58,174 bases of DNA from Girardia tigrina (GCA_001938485.1 MQRK01196814.1:72367-130540); one strand, 5' to 3'; shown: positions 11,949 through 25,850, counted from the first letter of the stretch. Made by a program: numbers and translations. The notes: a model not told the origin generated them from the sequence alone.

Positions 11949-13088
11949 TGGAGTGGAGAAATGTCGATTTGACCGAACATTTTTACCATTTTTAGTAATT
12001 TATAAATAAAATATATAATTAAATAATTAAATTAATAAATTAAAATACTAAAATAAATTAATTAAATAAAATTAAATTAAATAAATAATTAAATATAGAA
12101 ATCTTTTAGTTCAATATTAAGTTCTAATATTGTTGAATTAGAATGTAATAATTCTATTAAATGTCAAATTTGCAATTCGAATAATGGTGTGTAATTATGT
12201 AATCGCCAAAGAAATCGATAATGAATTGTATTAATTTCGGTCAGATTGTGAGCCTCATTTTTATTGTTATTGCAATTTAATGGAAAATTATTCTCTCCAT
12301 GTAAGTATGTCTTTATTTGTGTATGCATGTGTTTGTGTGTATGTTAATATGATGAATGTAATTTGTAAATGATTGGTGAATGTCTGTTTGTTGTATATGT
12401 GTGTAAAAAGTTATTTTGTGAATTATAATCACAATTAACAATTTTTCAATCCAATTAAAAACAATTTAAATGGTCGTTTCGTTATTGCTCTTTTTTTGAA
12501 CGAATTTGAATTTTAGATAAAAAAAGGTGTTATAAAAAATATAAATGTCATTGGTATTAAATTCAAAAGAAATTGATCATATTCTTAAACGTTTAAAGGT
12601 TACCGATAAAAATTGCGAAATAAATTTTGTCGATAAAAAAACTGGCCTCACACCATTAGATCTTGCGGTTTTTTACAAAAACTATCGAATTTGTCAACTG
12701 TTATTGAGTGTCGGTACAACTTATTACCCTCACAACTCTTTATATTGCTTCGTTGAGAATTATATAAGTATCAATGACGATGACTTTGAAAACAGTAATT
12801 ATCGGAAACAAAATAATCTACCAAATATTGATATTATTGATTGTTGTGAAGATACTGAAAATATAAAAGATTCTGATGACCAAAATAATTCCGTAAAAAT
12901 CGATTTAACAATTTCCAGCGATAAGACTTTATGTGTTAGTAAAGACTCTTGTGAATTTGAATTGCACAAACGAGATGGGATTCCGCTCATTGTTTTGTTC
13001 AATAAAATGAAAAGCACCTTTCAACCGACATGTAAAATGAGAAACAATTCTCTTCCTAAAATATCGTGGAAACACGGCTTCCTGTCCA
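11949..13088 (+). mobile_element. 1140-bp TG...CA insertion with AGTAC target duplication, inside the PLE RT
   Basis: AGTAC at 11944-11948 and 13089-13093; removal restores the RT frame LEFST|KNVPFIFN. Confidence 0.85.
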
Positions 13089-13096
13089 AGTACTAA
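12545..13096 (+). CDS. Ankyrin-repeat-containing ORF carried by the insertion
   Basis: 183 aa open frame; INFVDKKTGLTPLDLAVFYKNYRICQLLLSVG fits the ankyrin consensus; acidic region follows; the stop codon lies outside the element. Confidence 0.6.
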   Translation: MSLVLNSKEIDHILKRLKVTDKNCEINFVDKKTGLTPLDLAVFYKNYRICQLLLSVGTTYYPHNSLYCFVENYISINDDDFENSNYRKQNNLPNIDIIDCCEDTENIKDSDDQNNSVKIDLTISSDKTLCVSKDSCEFELHKRDGIPLIVLFNKMKSTFQPTCKMRNNSLPKISWKHGFLSKY

Positions 13097-14287
13097 AAAC
13101 GTACCATTTATTTTTAATGAAGAATGGTTTATGCAAACTGATGGAATCGCTATGGGTTCACCTTTAGCACCTTTGATGGCCTCTATCTTTTTGCATAATT
13201 TAGAACAAAAGTTCAATAATTTTAATGGCGAATTATCTTTATTTTATACGAGATATGTTGATGATACTTTTCTTATATTTAAAAGTGAAGATAATGTCTC
13301 ACGCTTTTTAGAGTTTGTAAATGATCTTCACCCTAATATCAAGTTTACCTTTGAAATGGAAAATACTAATAAACTATCATTTTTAGATGTATTAATTGAA
13401 AGAATGAAAGATAAATATCAGACTCGAATATATCGAAAACCAACTGATACCGGTTTGTACAGTTGTCCAAACAGTTTTTCTGACGCAAAATACAATAGGA
13501 ACATGATTAAAGGTTTGGTACATAGTCTGGGGTTTAACATCAACATTTGAGATATTTGATAAGGAAGTTGATGAACTTCATAATAGGCTTTCTAAAAATA
13601 GATTTAATAAAAAGTATTTAAATAAAATCATAAAAGATACTGTTGAATCCATTTATTTAAAATCAAATAATGCATCAAATATAACTTCGGGAAATGACAT
13701 TGATAATCAAATGACTATCAATCTAAAATTACCGTACTCAGAGAGAGCAAAAGAGATCAAACGATTTTTAGAACATCGACCACCTGTTGGCTTAAAATTG
13801 AGAGTAATCTTTTTCACTAATAAATGCCGGAACTATTTCTCCAACAAATCAAAAACTCCTTTGTGTATTAAGGCAAATCTAGTTTATCAATTCAAATGTC
13901 ACAAGTTCTAAGCCTTGTACATTGGAGAGACAAGTCGTCATCTCCGCAATAGAATTGCTGAACATACTCAATCGAGTAGAAATAGTTCGATATTGAGCCA
14001 TATTAAAAGATGTAAAGGTAATCTTATGGATTACAATAAAGATTTTAAAGTGATTTTAAATAATTTTAACACAAATTATGAAAGGATTATTGCCGAAGCA
14101 TTGTTAATAAAGCATCATAAACCATGCTTAAATGTGCAAGGCGATTCATCTAATCATATTAAAGTTTTTTAAAATATCAATAAAAATACTTTTCTTTTTT
14201 TTAAAAAAAAAGAAAAAAAGCATGTTTTTGAGACGTATGATGTAATAGTTTTTCAACTATATAAATAGCAATTAATCACTTTATTTC

Positions 14288-14328
14288 ATTGCACTGAAGA
14301 TGCAGAAATGGTGAAACGCGTTTGTATT
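14288..14328 (+). ncRNA. Minimal type I hammerhead ribozyme (degenerate) at the PLE 3' end
   Basis: CTGAAGA - weak stem II - GAAA - palindromic AACGCGTT stem III. Confidence 0.65.
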
Positions 14329-14899
14329 GAGAATAAATTTAATATTAAAAAAATGGCCTTTCTTTTCATTATTATTAAAAATGCCATTATCAGTTCTAGA
14401 TAATATATATATATATATATAAATGATGTTTGGTTTTATTACATCAATGTATTATTTATTGATTTGGCATGCGTAAAAGTGTTTATTGTGGAATTTCAGA
14501 ATTGAACGGAATGAATCTGTTGTCGTGGTGTTTTCAAATTGAGCAAATATTTTCTACGTGAAATTAGCGACTAAATGGAGTTTTTTAATATCTAATTTTT
14601 CAATTGAAACAGATCAATATTTCGACTGAAAACAAACATATTTTTTTCAAATAACGAATCTTCATATCTCACAATTAATATTCAAAATTCAATGAATTAT
14701 TCGAGAAATACATAGTTTTCGATTTGTGCAAAAATAGCAGATTATTTTTTGAAATTGATCAAATTATGAAATTGATCTTATTATCAATTAAAATCATTTA
14801 GTAAAAGCCACGATCTTTCTTTTCTATTATGTCAATGGTCTGAATGTGAATCATGATAACTGCATCACTTATGGTTACCTGTTGACCAATTATCCCGCA

Positions 14900-15080
14900 T
14901 ACAGTGATCCCCAGTACGTGCTTCGAGACCGCTTCCAGTCGCATCCATATGCCATATTTTTTCCCTCAACCGAGGGACTCGAATAGCGTTCCAGTTCAAT
15001 AACTATTTATCTTCCCATGGGAAATCGGAACCGGGAACCGATGTCATGTTCGCGGCGGCAAGACTGGGGAAATCATTGTA
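14900..15080. mobile_element. Tc1/pogo-type MITE
   Basis: TA-cagtgatccccagt ... actggggaaatcattg-TA inverted ends. Confidence 0.8.
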
Positions 15081-15544
15081 TGCACATGCAATGAGTTCGT
15101 CAACACAGAATTTCGAACGAGATTCGCTTTTGATAATTTTCAAATGGAGATTGATTTTATGGGGCCAAACTAAAACTAGTAAATCAAAAATTTTAAATTT
15201 TTATTTCCATTCTTTATGCAGATAAAACTCTACTTTGCCAACAAAGTTTTTAAAATTTGAAAACTTAAGATTAATAAAATTTTAAATTAAAAAAAACACA
15301 TTGAAAATTAGTATAAACTATTTATAATTTATAAATTGATATCTTGCAATTAATATGGTTCAGGAACTCCGAATTTTCCGTTTTTTTCCCATTTTGGGAT
15401 CTTATAAAGTTTTTTCGATCAAATTTTTACATAATCATTTATTGTCATCGAGAATGAGTAAATATGCAAAGTTTGAAGAAAATCGATTGAGTAAAGGCCA
15501 TCAAAAACAGGTTTATAAATTCCATGGATATGTATATATATATC

Positions 15545-15575
<31 letters not shown>

Positions 15576-15625
15576 NNNNNNNNNNNNNNNNNNNNNNNNN
15601 NNNNNNNNNNNNNNNNNNNNNNNNN

Positions 15626-15667
<42 letters not shown>

Positions 15668-16294
15668 AAGTTAATAAAAAGAATGGAAAAACATAAATAA
15701 TCTCAATGAAACATCAACAGATAATGGCATTAATAAATAAATAAGCAATACACACAATTTATATAAAATAATAATTTTAAAATAAACCAAAATGAATTTA
15801 CAAACATATACAAGAAAACTAATTAAATTTTAATTATTTTAATATAATTCCTAAATAATTTAATATTATTTAACTTTTACCATTTGAGTCTCTTTTAAAT
15901 TAATTATAAAAGTCACTCATTTCAAAAACTAAAAGCAAAAATTATTTTTCCTGAAATAAAAGAAAATGCCTACAGTCATAATTAAATTACATTTTTCTTA
16001 AAGTGAATATATTTTTTTATTTTGAAAATTATTTTTATAATATGTATTAATTTTTTGATATATATATATATTTATATACAAATATTTTTTTGTGTACGTT
16101 TGTTTTGCAATATTTAAAATTAATTTGATGAAACTAATTTTAGAAAAAAATGATCATAGGTCATGTTTCAATGTTTTCTTACGTTGACGTCAGTAATAAT
16201 TTTTTATAAATTAATAAAAATAAAATTATCATAAAATTGAGATACCATAAAATTGATGTTTAATTATTTAAAATTGGTTAATAAAATTATTTTA

Positions 16295-16500
16295 TTAACA
16301 CTAGAACTACAAGCCATTGAACTATATCAATTTCTACTAATACCAGTCAAAATGACTGCTTAACAAATACCAAGTTATTGTCATTCCTAGGCAATAATTA
16401 CATAGATTGACTATTGATAAACGACAAAATAACTTTTATTGTTTAATCGAGCCTCCATAAGAAAGTAAAATGACATATCATGCTTATAAATAAGCTATAC
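16295..16500. mobile_element. piggyBac-like terminus (solo end)
   Basis: TTAA-CACTAGAACTAC plus subterminal palindrome cagtcaaaatgactg; no partner end found. Confidence 0.5.
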
Positions 16501-16644
16501 TTACTAATTATAATTGTACTTATAATTTAAAAAAAAACATTTTTTTCACAAAAAACTATTAATATGGCAAAAAAAGTTTTTTCCGTTACTCTTCTGTATT
16601 TCTAATTTCTAAATAAAACAAATATAAAACAACAATATATATTT

Positions 16645-19600
16645 CTACACAACAGTATATTCACCATTACAACAAATAACATTTTCAGCATGTGTTAAAA
16701 GTTTATCAAATACACGTGAAAGTTTTTCTCGTGAGAGATTCCTCATAATATCACTGACCGCTTGTAAGACCTCTTCTTCACTTACAAATGATGTTGTTCT
16801 TAGTGATCCTTTTAAAAATTTGAATAGCCATTTGTCACACTGATTTAAATCAGGCAAATATGGAGCTTGCTTAATCAATTCAACATGTTTTTTTCTGAAA
16901 AAACTTCGTGGTAAACTTGGATGAATGTGGTCGAGTATTATCATGTTGCCAAAGAATTATGTGCATATTCACTCGTCGTCTGTCTTTACTAAACTTCGTA
17001 AGATTATTTTGAATGAATTCTGTATATCTTTCAGAATTGATAGCCTCACCAGGTTTTGTTACTTCGATTTGAAACTTACAATCAGCTGTGAATGTCAAAA
17101 TAAGCATTGTTCTTCGTCCAAATTTTTTGTTTTGAACAGTATGTGGTCGAGGATCATCTCCACTTGCCCATACTCGTAAGTTGGATCTCCATAATATATG
17201 GCAGTGGCCTTCAACAATTTTTAGACTAATGCCCACTTTTGCTTTATTCCCATCTATAATAAAAAACTACCGCCCATCAAAACTTGAAAAACTATTAGAT
17301 CCAAATACTATTTATTGACAAAAGATAATGCAATATCTACAAAACTAGTACAGTAGTTGAAAGAGTTAATGAGATCCCTGTGCTTGGTGTTTCGATGCCA
17401 ANNACTTAATGTCTGGTTTCAGGTGTGTGAGATGCAGTCTCAAATCGCCCCTTTTAGCAATATCTAGATTGTATCTTTGCTTGGTGAGAAGATTAGTTGC
17501 TGCACTGAATCCACACTCTACTAGGTAAGAATTGGGAAATGGTAATATTAGTAATCTCATTTTTTGCCATAAATGTGGATATAGAGTAGACATTTCTTTG
17601 CGCTGCCAAATTTGAATATATCCACCTTTGTTGTATAGTGCATGTGCAATANNNNNNNNNNNNNNNNNNNNNNNNNNNNNNNNNNNNNNNNNNNNNNNNN
17701 NTCCACCTTTGTTGTATAGTGCATGTGCAATATCATCATTTTGCAATTCTATCAATTCTTCTTGAATCTGCACTTCGGCATCCAGAACATTAGCTTTTAA
17801 TGGGTCAATCATCCATGCAGTTACTTGCAGTTGAATTAAATCGCAAAATCGCGTAGACATATCGGCTTCTAATAAGTTTAAGTGATTGGAAAATTTGTTA
17901 ATGTCATCAATATTAACTTCTTCACTCACGGAATCTAGCATTGGAAATTGATAAAACTCTCGCAGTAGGATGTTCTGTCGATAAAATGCCAACCTTTGAA
18001 TAAATGTTAAAATTACTTTTTTTAGAATCTATTAATGTTACACACTGTCCTTGAAGTTTCAGATTGATTTCGTTGAACTTTTGAAATATTCCAGCAAGGT
18101 AGAATGCATCTTTCTTTGCAGCTTTCAATTCTTCATAAAAAGTTATGTCGTTATTGGTTTCAAAGAATTGTAAGATGCTGTCGAATAATTCTGCGAATCT
18201 TGCCAAACTGTTGCCTTGTGATAACCATCGAACTGCAGTATGAAGAATAAGTCAATTATGTTGTTCATCATTATTTTCGTACAGTTGACGAAAGATGCGA
18301 TCATATAGAGAATTACATTTGATCTTATTTACAGCACAAATGACAGTTCCCAATGAAGAGTGCAGATCCTCACCTAGCAGCTTGGCTACGAGATGTTGTC
18401 TGTGTGCAACGCAATGAACCGTGAATATACCAGGGACAGCAGTTTTCAAATGCGCAAGGAATCCACGATAACGACCAACCATTGCAGGAGCTCCATCGGT
18501 TTCGCAGGCAACAATGTTGTTAAAGGGAATATGTATCGTGTCAAGAAATGTTTTCAAAGTGGCAAAGATTGATATTCCTTTAGTATCGATGTGTAATTTT
18601 TCGGCGAACAACATTTCCTCTTGAAGTTTATGGTCTTTATCAAAATACCTGACATATNNNNNNNNNNNNNNNNNNNNNNNNNNNNNNNNNNNNNNNNNNN
18701 NNNNNNNNNNNNNNNNNNNNNNNNNNNNNNNNNNNNNNNNNNNNNNNNNNNNNNNNNNNNNNNNNNNNNNNNNNNNNNNNNNNNNNNNNNNNNNNNNNNN
18801 NNNNNNNNNNNNNNNNNNNNNNNNNNNNNNNNNNNNNNNNNNNGTGCTAATAATTTCTCGCACTGCTGGTAAGATTAGTGTTTCAGCAATATTGTGAGGT
18901 TTACTACACTTTGCTATCAGTTGAGAAATTTGGTAGGAGGCAACTAGTCCATCTACTACTTTTCCGTTACCTTTTTGAAACATTGTGGTAATTGTTTGTC
19001 GTTTTTTGAATTGTTCATACAATGTTTTAAAATACTCCAATGATTTATCTTTTTTGTCTGAATGCATTGCATTTAAATGTGCTCGAAGGCTTCATGTGAT
19101 GGCTTCATGGCTTCATTTGAAAATGTTTGCTTACAAATAAGGCACATTGGGATTTGATTGTCATTTGGAGCTTGAATAAATCCATACGAGAGATACTCCA
19201 ATGAATACTGCCGACAATATTTTTTCTTTGATGGCATACCCATATTTAATCCTAGATAATTAAATGCCAACAAATTTATTTTTAAAAATGTATTATTCCA
19301 ATCTCGTAGTGTGTGGTTGATTAAATATTGACTAATTATTAGTCAATATTTAATCAACCAAGCATCAAATCATTTTAATGCATGAAGATGACATGACCAG
19401 TGTGAAGTTTTAATAGAGACGAGAGAAGTTAATAGGAATTTATTTCATTCTATTTACTAAAACGAAAAGGTTTTATATTTTCAATTCTCCTTAAGCAAGG
19501 AATAATTGTTAATGAATCTCTAAAACAAGCGTTAAACTACTAATACAACAGGCAGTTGCATGCAACTAAAGTGTCAATACGTTACTAATTGAAGCAAATA

Positions 19601-20267
19601 ATTTGTAAAAAAAATTACTTCTTACAAATACATACAGAACCCGCCCGCTCATATTTTTTCCTAACGCCCACCCAATATTTTAAAACGCCCATTAGTGGGC
19701 GATATCGCCAAGGTTGAAGACCACTGATATAGGGGAAAATGATATCCACGTTTCATCAACTGTTATCCATCGTTTCATCAAGTATTCTTTCCCATATTGT
19801 TGTACAAGTTGCAAAAAATTTCTTGAGGATTCAATACGATGTCGTTTGTGATCATCAGTCAGTTGATAAGGCACCCAGATGCTCAAAATCTTTTTCCTGT
19901 TCAAATTTTGATAGAGGATTGTCCTTATTGATTCTTTGTTGACATCAAGTATTTCACTTATGTGTCCTAAAGACATTTTCTCATCCTGCTCGATTATGCT
20001 CCTAATTTTTTCAATCAAATCATCAGTTGATATTGCTGAAGGACGCCCACTTCGAGGGTGATCGTCCAACGACAGCCGCTTGCCTGAGATAAAATCAGAG
20101 AACCAGTTTCTTATTGTGCGTTCTGTTGGGCAATCATCATAATAAGGCGAACATAATTTGTCATATGTAACCTTTATGTTGAGCTCTATCTGTTTGTTTG
20201 TGTGCATGTTGTCTCTTAAGCGTCCTTTTAGAATATCTAACCGCGATCTGTAATTTTTGAATTGCAA
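16645..20267 (-). mobile_element. mariner-like DD34D transposase, split by a hAT insertion
   Basis: RSGRP, WVPYQLT, TVDETW | HDNTRPH-34 aa-D (PYLPDLNQCD); the halves join across 17202-19726; one frameshift. Confidence 0.9.
17202..19726 (-). mobile_element. hAT Buster/Charlie-type transposon (ZBED5/SCAND3-like transposase)
   Basis: TIRs cagtggccttcaac / gttgaagaccactg; 8-bp TSD atatatgg / atataggg; RQYSLEYLSYGF, TDGAPAM, HCVAHR, VRW, SYLVECGFS, RGDLRL, HQAQGSH. Confidence 0.95.
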
Positions 20268-20269
20268 TA

Positions 20270-20899
20270 AAAAATCCCAACTCTGTCAAATAAGTTTTTT
20301 ATCGTCTATACATATTTTCGATTCTCTATATTTTTCCTCACAAAAGCTCTGTTGTATTGTGTAGAGACTTGTATCTGTCGTATTTCTGTATAATTTAGTT
20401 TAATACTTGCAATTCACGTTAATTACTCGAATGTCATGAGAAGGAAATTTGTTATTCTGTAGTGAATATAACATTAGGATGAAAACAACTGGAGAATGTT
20501 AAGAATGGTTGTGTGATAGATTGATTTCTAAAAAAAAGAAATATGTCATTTAGATATCTCTAGAATAACATAATTTTTTCCAGAGAATGTTTTCATTTTA
20601 TGTTCAAGAGACTTCATAAAACTTGATGTCAGCAGATGCGCTAATATGGAACTTATTTGACTTAATCGTCTTAATTCCTAATTAAAAAGAAATTTTGCAT
20701 TTACAGTAGACAATTTGTGAACTATTCCATTGCGTTTTTGTTTATTAGCCCATTGACAGAGTCAGAATTATCACCCATAATGTTTTACACGAATCAATAG
20801 CTTCTTTAATGGGAACATTCATAAATAAATGAATAAAATATATTAATTAAAAGATAGATAAGTAAATAAATAAAGATCCAGATAATTCGAATAAAAAAT

Positions 20900-20935
<36 letters not shown>

Positions 20936-21800
20936 TTTTATTTTTGTTTTTGTTGATTCAAATTAATTAAAATATTTAGTATTAATATCACTCTTTTCTT
21001 TTTATTTTGAGTTCTATTGGTGGATAAATAATATTTTAAATGACTCATAATATTAATCCACTTTAGTTTGATAATTCCTATTTGAGTCAAAAATAACAAA
21101 CTTGCAATTCATTATTTCTATAATGCTTAACTTTCGTCCTTTCAATTGAAAGGAATAAACAAACATTTCAACAAAAGTATCAAGCGTAGTTGTTATACAA
21201 CACAATACATATAGCTCAAACAAAACAATTTTTGATGGCCTTTCCTGTTGTTTTATACTAGTAACAAGGTTCTGAAAGAATTGAATGAACTGATATTAGT
21301 CAAGATTGACGGGCATTGTTCTTTTTACCGTTGAAAGTTTTGTCCAACCTTGATAATAGATTTTTCTGCCGTATTATCTTTTTTTAATAACCACATTATA
21401 ATTTGTAAATATATATTGTCCTTATTATACGGAAGTCAACTGTTTGAACCTATATTTCTTAGAATTTGTTAGAGACTCTATCTAATGATAGAAGTTGATA
21501 AATTAAAACATGTAGTTTTAACTTTGCTGTTTATTTGATTCAAATATGACGAATGTTGTGTCTTTTATAAATTTTATTTTATAATACAAAATAAATGTTT
21601 AATTAAACAAAAATTATGATATTTTACAAATAATATTATCGGAAAATTAACATGATTTTCCACTCTTATTTGTATTTGGGACAATTCTCAGTAAATCATT
21701 TCGTAATTCGATATCGACCTAAATTGATAATGAATCGTTTTAATCGATTATTCAAACAAATTTTCATTTCATACACTTCAATTATTTTTAGATTTTATTT
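20270..21800 (-). mobile_element. Highly decayed Penelope-like element (N-terminal region and RT)
   Basis: Minus-strand remnants EKSIIKVGQNF, NVPIKEAIDSC, MKSLEHK, RYLNDIF, FHPNVIFT, TKLYRNTTDTSLY. Confidence 0.75.
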
Positions 21801-22062
21801 TTAAAATTTTACTTTTATAATTTCTACAATAATTTTATCTAAACATCATTTTAATTTAAAAATAATTTTATTTGAAAACATTTATTTAATGAATTTGAAA
21901 TTCAACTTAAACTTATTTACTTTATCAAAATTTCTAATATTCAAATACTTATAAAATCTAATATTTTAATAATTAAAATTTTAAAATATCTTATGTTTTA
22001 ATTTAAAATGTAAATTGTACTTAAAAAAATTAATCATCAATAACATCCAAAAAACGAATCTT

Positions 22063-22142
22063 CCATCTGGGTGTGAGAAGCATATTTCCAATTACAAAAT
22101 TTTACATACTAATTTCAACATAAATTTTAAATATTCCTCACA
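22063..22142. other. Two-box motif, copy B
   Basis: ccatctgggtgtgagaa ... aaatattcctcaca. Confidence 0.9.
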
Positions 22143-25100
22143 TATATTTAAGAAAAAACATAAATTTAAGAAAATATTCCTCTGGATATTTAATTTTCCC
22201 ATTTGCATCTTTCTTGATCTGCCCACTCAAACCCTGACATTACTTGAAAAAGCTTGTCGAACTTATGACCATGGATTTTTTGTCGTTTAGCACTTTTTGA
22301 GAAACAGATGAAAATTTTTATTAGCATTGTGATGCGTTAAAATAACTTAAATAATAAATTATTTTTTCTGAATTATTTATTAGTAATTTGTGATTAATCT
22401 CTAAAAGTTTTATTATATTTATGGTCATTTTTTTATTGACTTTGAAAATCTATTAATGATATTTTTATATCTTTTTTATTTTTACTCATTTATTATTAAA
22501 ATCTTTATGAAATTTATTCGTGTACTTTACGTTTTTTAAGTAGATGGTCTTAATAAATAAAAGTAGTTTTTTGACAACATTATATAATAATTATAATTTT
22601 ATAATTCTTATAATCCTGATATTATATATTTTATAAAAAAAATAGATTTTTTCTAACAATAAAGATTATATATCAATTGATAAGAAGCATCCGAGTTGAT
22701 GTAAATATTGTGGTTAAACATGGTTGTTTTGTTTGTTTGATCTGCAAGATAACATTATCAAAAAGTCATGTTACACAAAATTTTAAATAAAAAAAATTTT
22801 AAAATTCTTAATTTAGGAGGCTTAATAATAATAATAATAATAATAAGAAGAAGAAGAAGAAGAAATTTTTGAATGTTAATCTTACTTTTGTTCTCTTATT
22901 TGAAAATATTTCTAAAAAATTGCATAAATAAAATATTTTACTTATATATAGACAAAACTACAAATATTTAAACAAAGATTGGCGTTTATTTGTTTTTTTT
23001 TGCACTAAGAAGTAAAAATCAGCACTTTTAAATTGTATAATAAGTTTTTATGTCGTCAAAATGAGACCAGAAATACTTGTTGTAGTAAAACTAAAATAAA
23101 AATAATTATGCATGTAGTGTGAACAAAAGATTCTCATTAAATTTCCCTTTTAAAATAAAAAAAATTCAATATAAAAAAAGATCAAGCTAAATGTGATAAT
23201 CATTATATTAAATTAATCAATTTTTTATAAATATATTCCTAAATTTAATCTCATAAATTCAATTTTTCATTTTTACTTTAATTCAAATTTTCACTTAAAT
23301 TTTCATTTAAATTTTCATTCAAATTTTTACTTAAACTTTCATTTAAATTTTCATTTTTAATTTTTATAGCACGAATCTAATTTTATTAATTTTATTTGTA
23401 ATTTAAATTAGAGTAAAGTAAGCCGTAAAATTCACTAAATGAATTTAAACAAAAAACCTATTGTTCTCGCACAATTGGATCTGAAATATTTGAATTAAAA
23501 AAATAGAATTATAGAAAAGAAACTAAAAATTATCGAAAAGAAATAGACATAGTGATTGGGATTATTTATGTGAAATACATAATTTAAACCGCTTCCCGTC
23601 TCTTATATAATTTTTATGGCACAACGCTTTTACACCCGATGGTCGCCGGGTCATCTTCATGCAGTGTTTGAGAGGAAAGATGGCTGCCTGCATTTGGTAC
23701 TGTTTGAGCCATTGCGGAAGGGTAATTTTTTGTCGCGGGAATCCCTTCTTTCGGTTATTCTCGACACCAACAGGAGTATTGAGTCCGGGCAGATTCCTTC
23801 GATCAAATCCATTAATTTGGAGATAGCCGATGATGATGATACTACCGATAGCAATATTAGTAACATCACAATTTGAGAGTGTTGGGTTCTTGATCGAGAT
23901 TAAGACTCATTAACACCAAAATTTTATTTCTAACACAATTAACAATTATTCAAACAATTTTTAGTTAACAATTTTTTAATAACAATTTTTCGTCGAGGAA
24001 CTTTTCTTCGTTTTCTTTTTTGAGCAGATGATTATATAAAAATATGGAACTATAAATACTGATAAGCTATTTTAAAATTGAAACTTTTTTATTTTCTTTA
24101 TTTTAAAAATTTACATTCCACTATTTTATGCAACTTAATTTAAATTAAAACTAACATAATTTATTGTAGTCATATTTTTATTAAATTAACCAAAATGATT
24201 TTCTATTATTTTAGAATTAGTTTAATGTTATTTTCTTTTATTTGTGAAACGTTTTTTAATTAATAAAAGATTTTAACGTTCTATTTATTATCAATATTTC
24301 AGTTTAAAAGCATTTTTTACCTACAATTATTTTAAATACAATAAAAATTTTAAATGCAAAAAATAATTTACAGTATTCAAATTTTTATTATTATTACGAT
24401 ACATTAATGATAAAAAATTCAATTTTAATTTTTTTTTATGAAAACTGTTTAGAAGTAAGTATTTGTCAAATCTTTAATTTGCAGAATTTCAAACTAACTT
24501 TAAAATTTAAAATTATCTGTTTTTTAATTAACATCTCTGGCAACAAAGTTCATTATTTTATTTTTTAGAATAACTTTTAAAATTAGTACAAACATAAATA
24601 TCCTTGTCTTTATATATTTCTTTTAAATCAATTATTTAAAAATTCTCTTATTTCCCAATTAATTTCACTATAAGTTTTTTACTCTACAATTAAAATTTGA
24701 TTATTTTGAAAATAACTTTTTAAAATTAATTAGATATATTTTTTTAATTATAATTGCTTAAGAACTTTTGATTTTACATATTTCCTTATTTTAGAAATTC
24801 TTTATAAAAATTAATTGTTTCAAAAATTTTAAGAGTGAGCCTGTCCTTCATTAAGAGTAAACATTTATTAACAACACAAACATTTTCACTGGCAATTTCT
24901 GCGGGAATTGTCATTCTTGATTAATATGTTTTTTGTATCTATATTCAAATCTTAAAATTAATTAATGGGTAAGATTAATATTAAATTTTTAAGAACATTC
25001 TTAAACTTTAATTGCATAAAAATACATAAAGTAATTTTTAAAATAAACATTAGTTTTTTAAAATATATTTAATTCAATAAGTTAAAATCGTTTAAGTAAA

Positions 25101-25194
25101 ATATTATGAAAATTTATAATTATAAAACTTTTAATTAATTTTTTTTAAAAATTAATTTCATTAGAATTAAATAATTAATCAATAACATATCAAT

Positions 25195-25271
25195 CTTATC
25201 TGAGCAGGAGAGTCACCAATATAAACAGTATAAAAACAACAATCTTACAACATTCCAAATTTTCCCTCACA
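25195..25271. other. Two-box motif, copy C (divergent)
   Basis: ttatctgagcaggagagtcacc ... aaattttccctcaca. Confidence 0.65.
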
Positions 25272-25770
25272 ATCAACAATGTAGTTTATACTGGATAATG
25301 TTGATTTGCATATTTTCGGTATAGAATTCCAATATAAGATTTTAAACTAAGTTTTGTTCGTAAAACAAAAAAAGTTAAATAATTTTATTATTATTAAGAA
25401 CATTAATTGAGTTTCCTTTACATTTATTATTATCACAATTTGAATTGTCATTCCAAAAATTCTCTGTAAGACTTGCGTAGCTCGTCATCGTTCTTGATTG
25501 ATAATCTTTAATAATATTCTTTAACGTCTTACTATTCAAACAAATTTAAAATACAATTTAATCATTACAAAAATAATTTATACTTTAAATTATAATTTAA
25601 TTATTACAAAAATTATTTATAATTGAAATTTAAACTAATTTTTATTTATTTTAAGAAATTATTATTAAAATATTATTTATGAAATATTAGTTTAATTTTA
25701 ATGTGATTATTTAACTTTTAATAATTGATTAAACAACTCGACGTTTTAAAATATTTAAAATATGAATCTT

Positions 25771-25850
25771 CCATCTGGGTGGGAGAAACACAATCTAAAA
25801 CAACATACCAAACAACACACAATAAACACAATTCAAAAATATTCCTCACA
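25771..25850. other. Two-box motif, copy D
   Basis: ccatctgggtgggagaa ... aaatattcctcaca. Confidence 0.9.

Larger units (their letters stand above)
11327..14350 (+). mobile_element. Penelope-like element (RT followed by GIY-YIG endonuclease), inactive and interrupted
   Basis: DKGNG, LPKIHKEG.PMRP, SFDIVNLF.NIP, GIAMGSPLAP, RYVDD, YRKPT; VYQFKC...YIGETSRHL.NRIAEH; 3' hammerhead. Confidence 0.95.

Noticed and set aside
25762-25850. WW-domain-like peptide MNLPSGWEKH
   Set aside because: The rest of a WW domain is absent and synonymous sites are conserved; kept only as an alternative reading of the two-box motif because the boxes are in frame in several copies
25771-25850. Two-box motif as a C/D snoRNA or HDV ribozyme (minus strand)
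   Set aside because: GTGAGGA and CAGA are imperfect C/D boxes with no terminal stem; TCT-CCCACCC-AGA mimics P3/L3 but P1, P1.1 and P4 are missing
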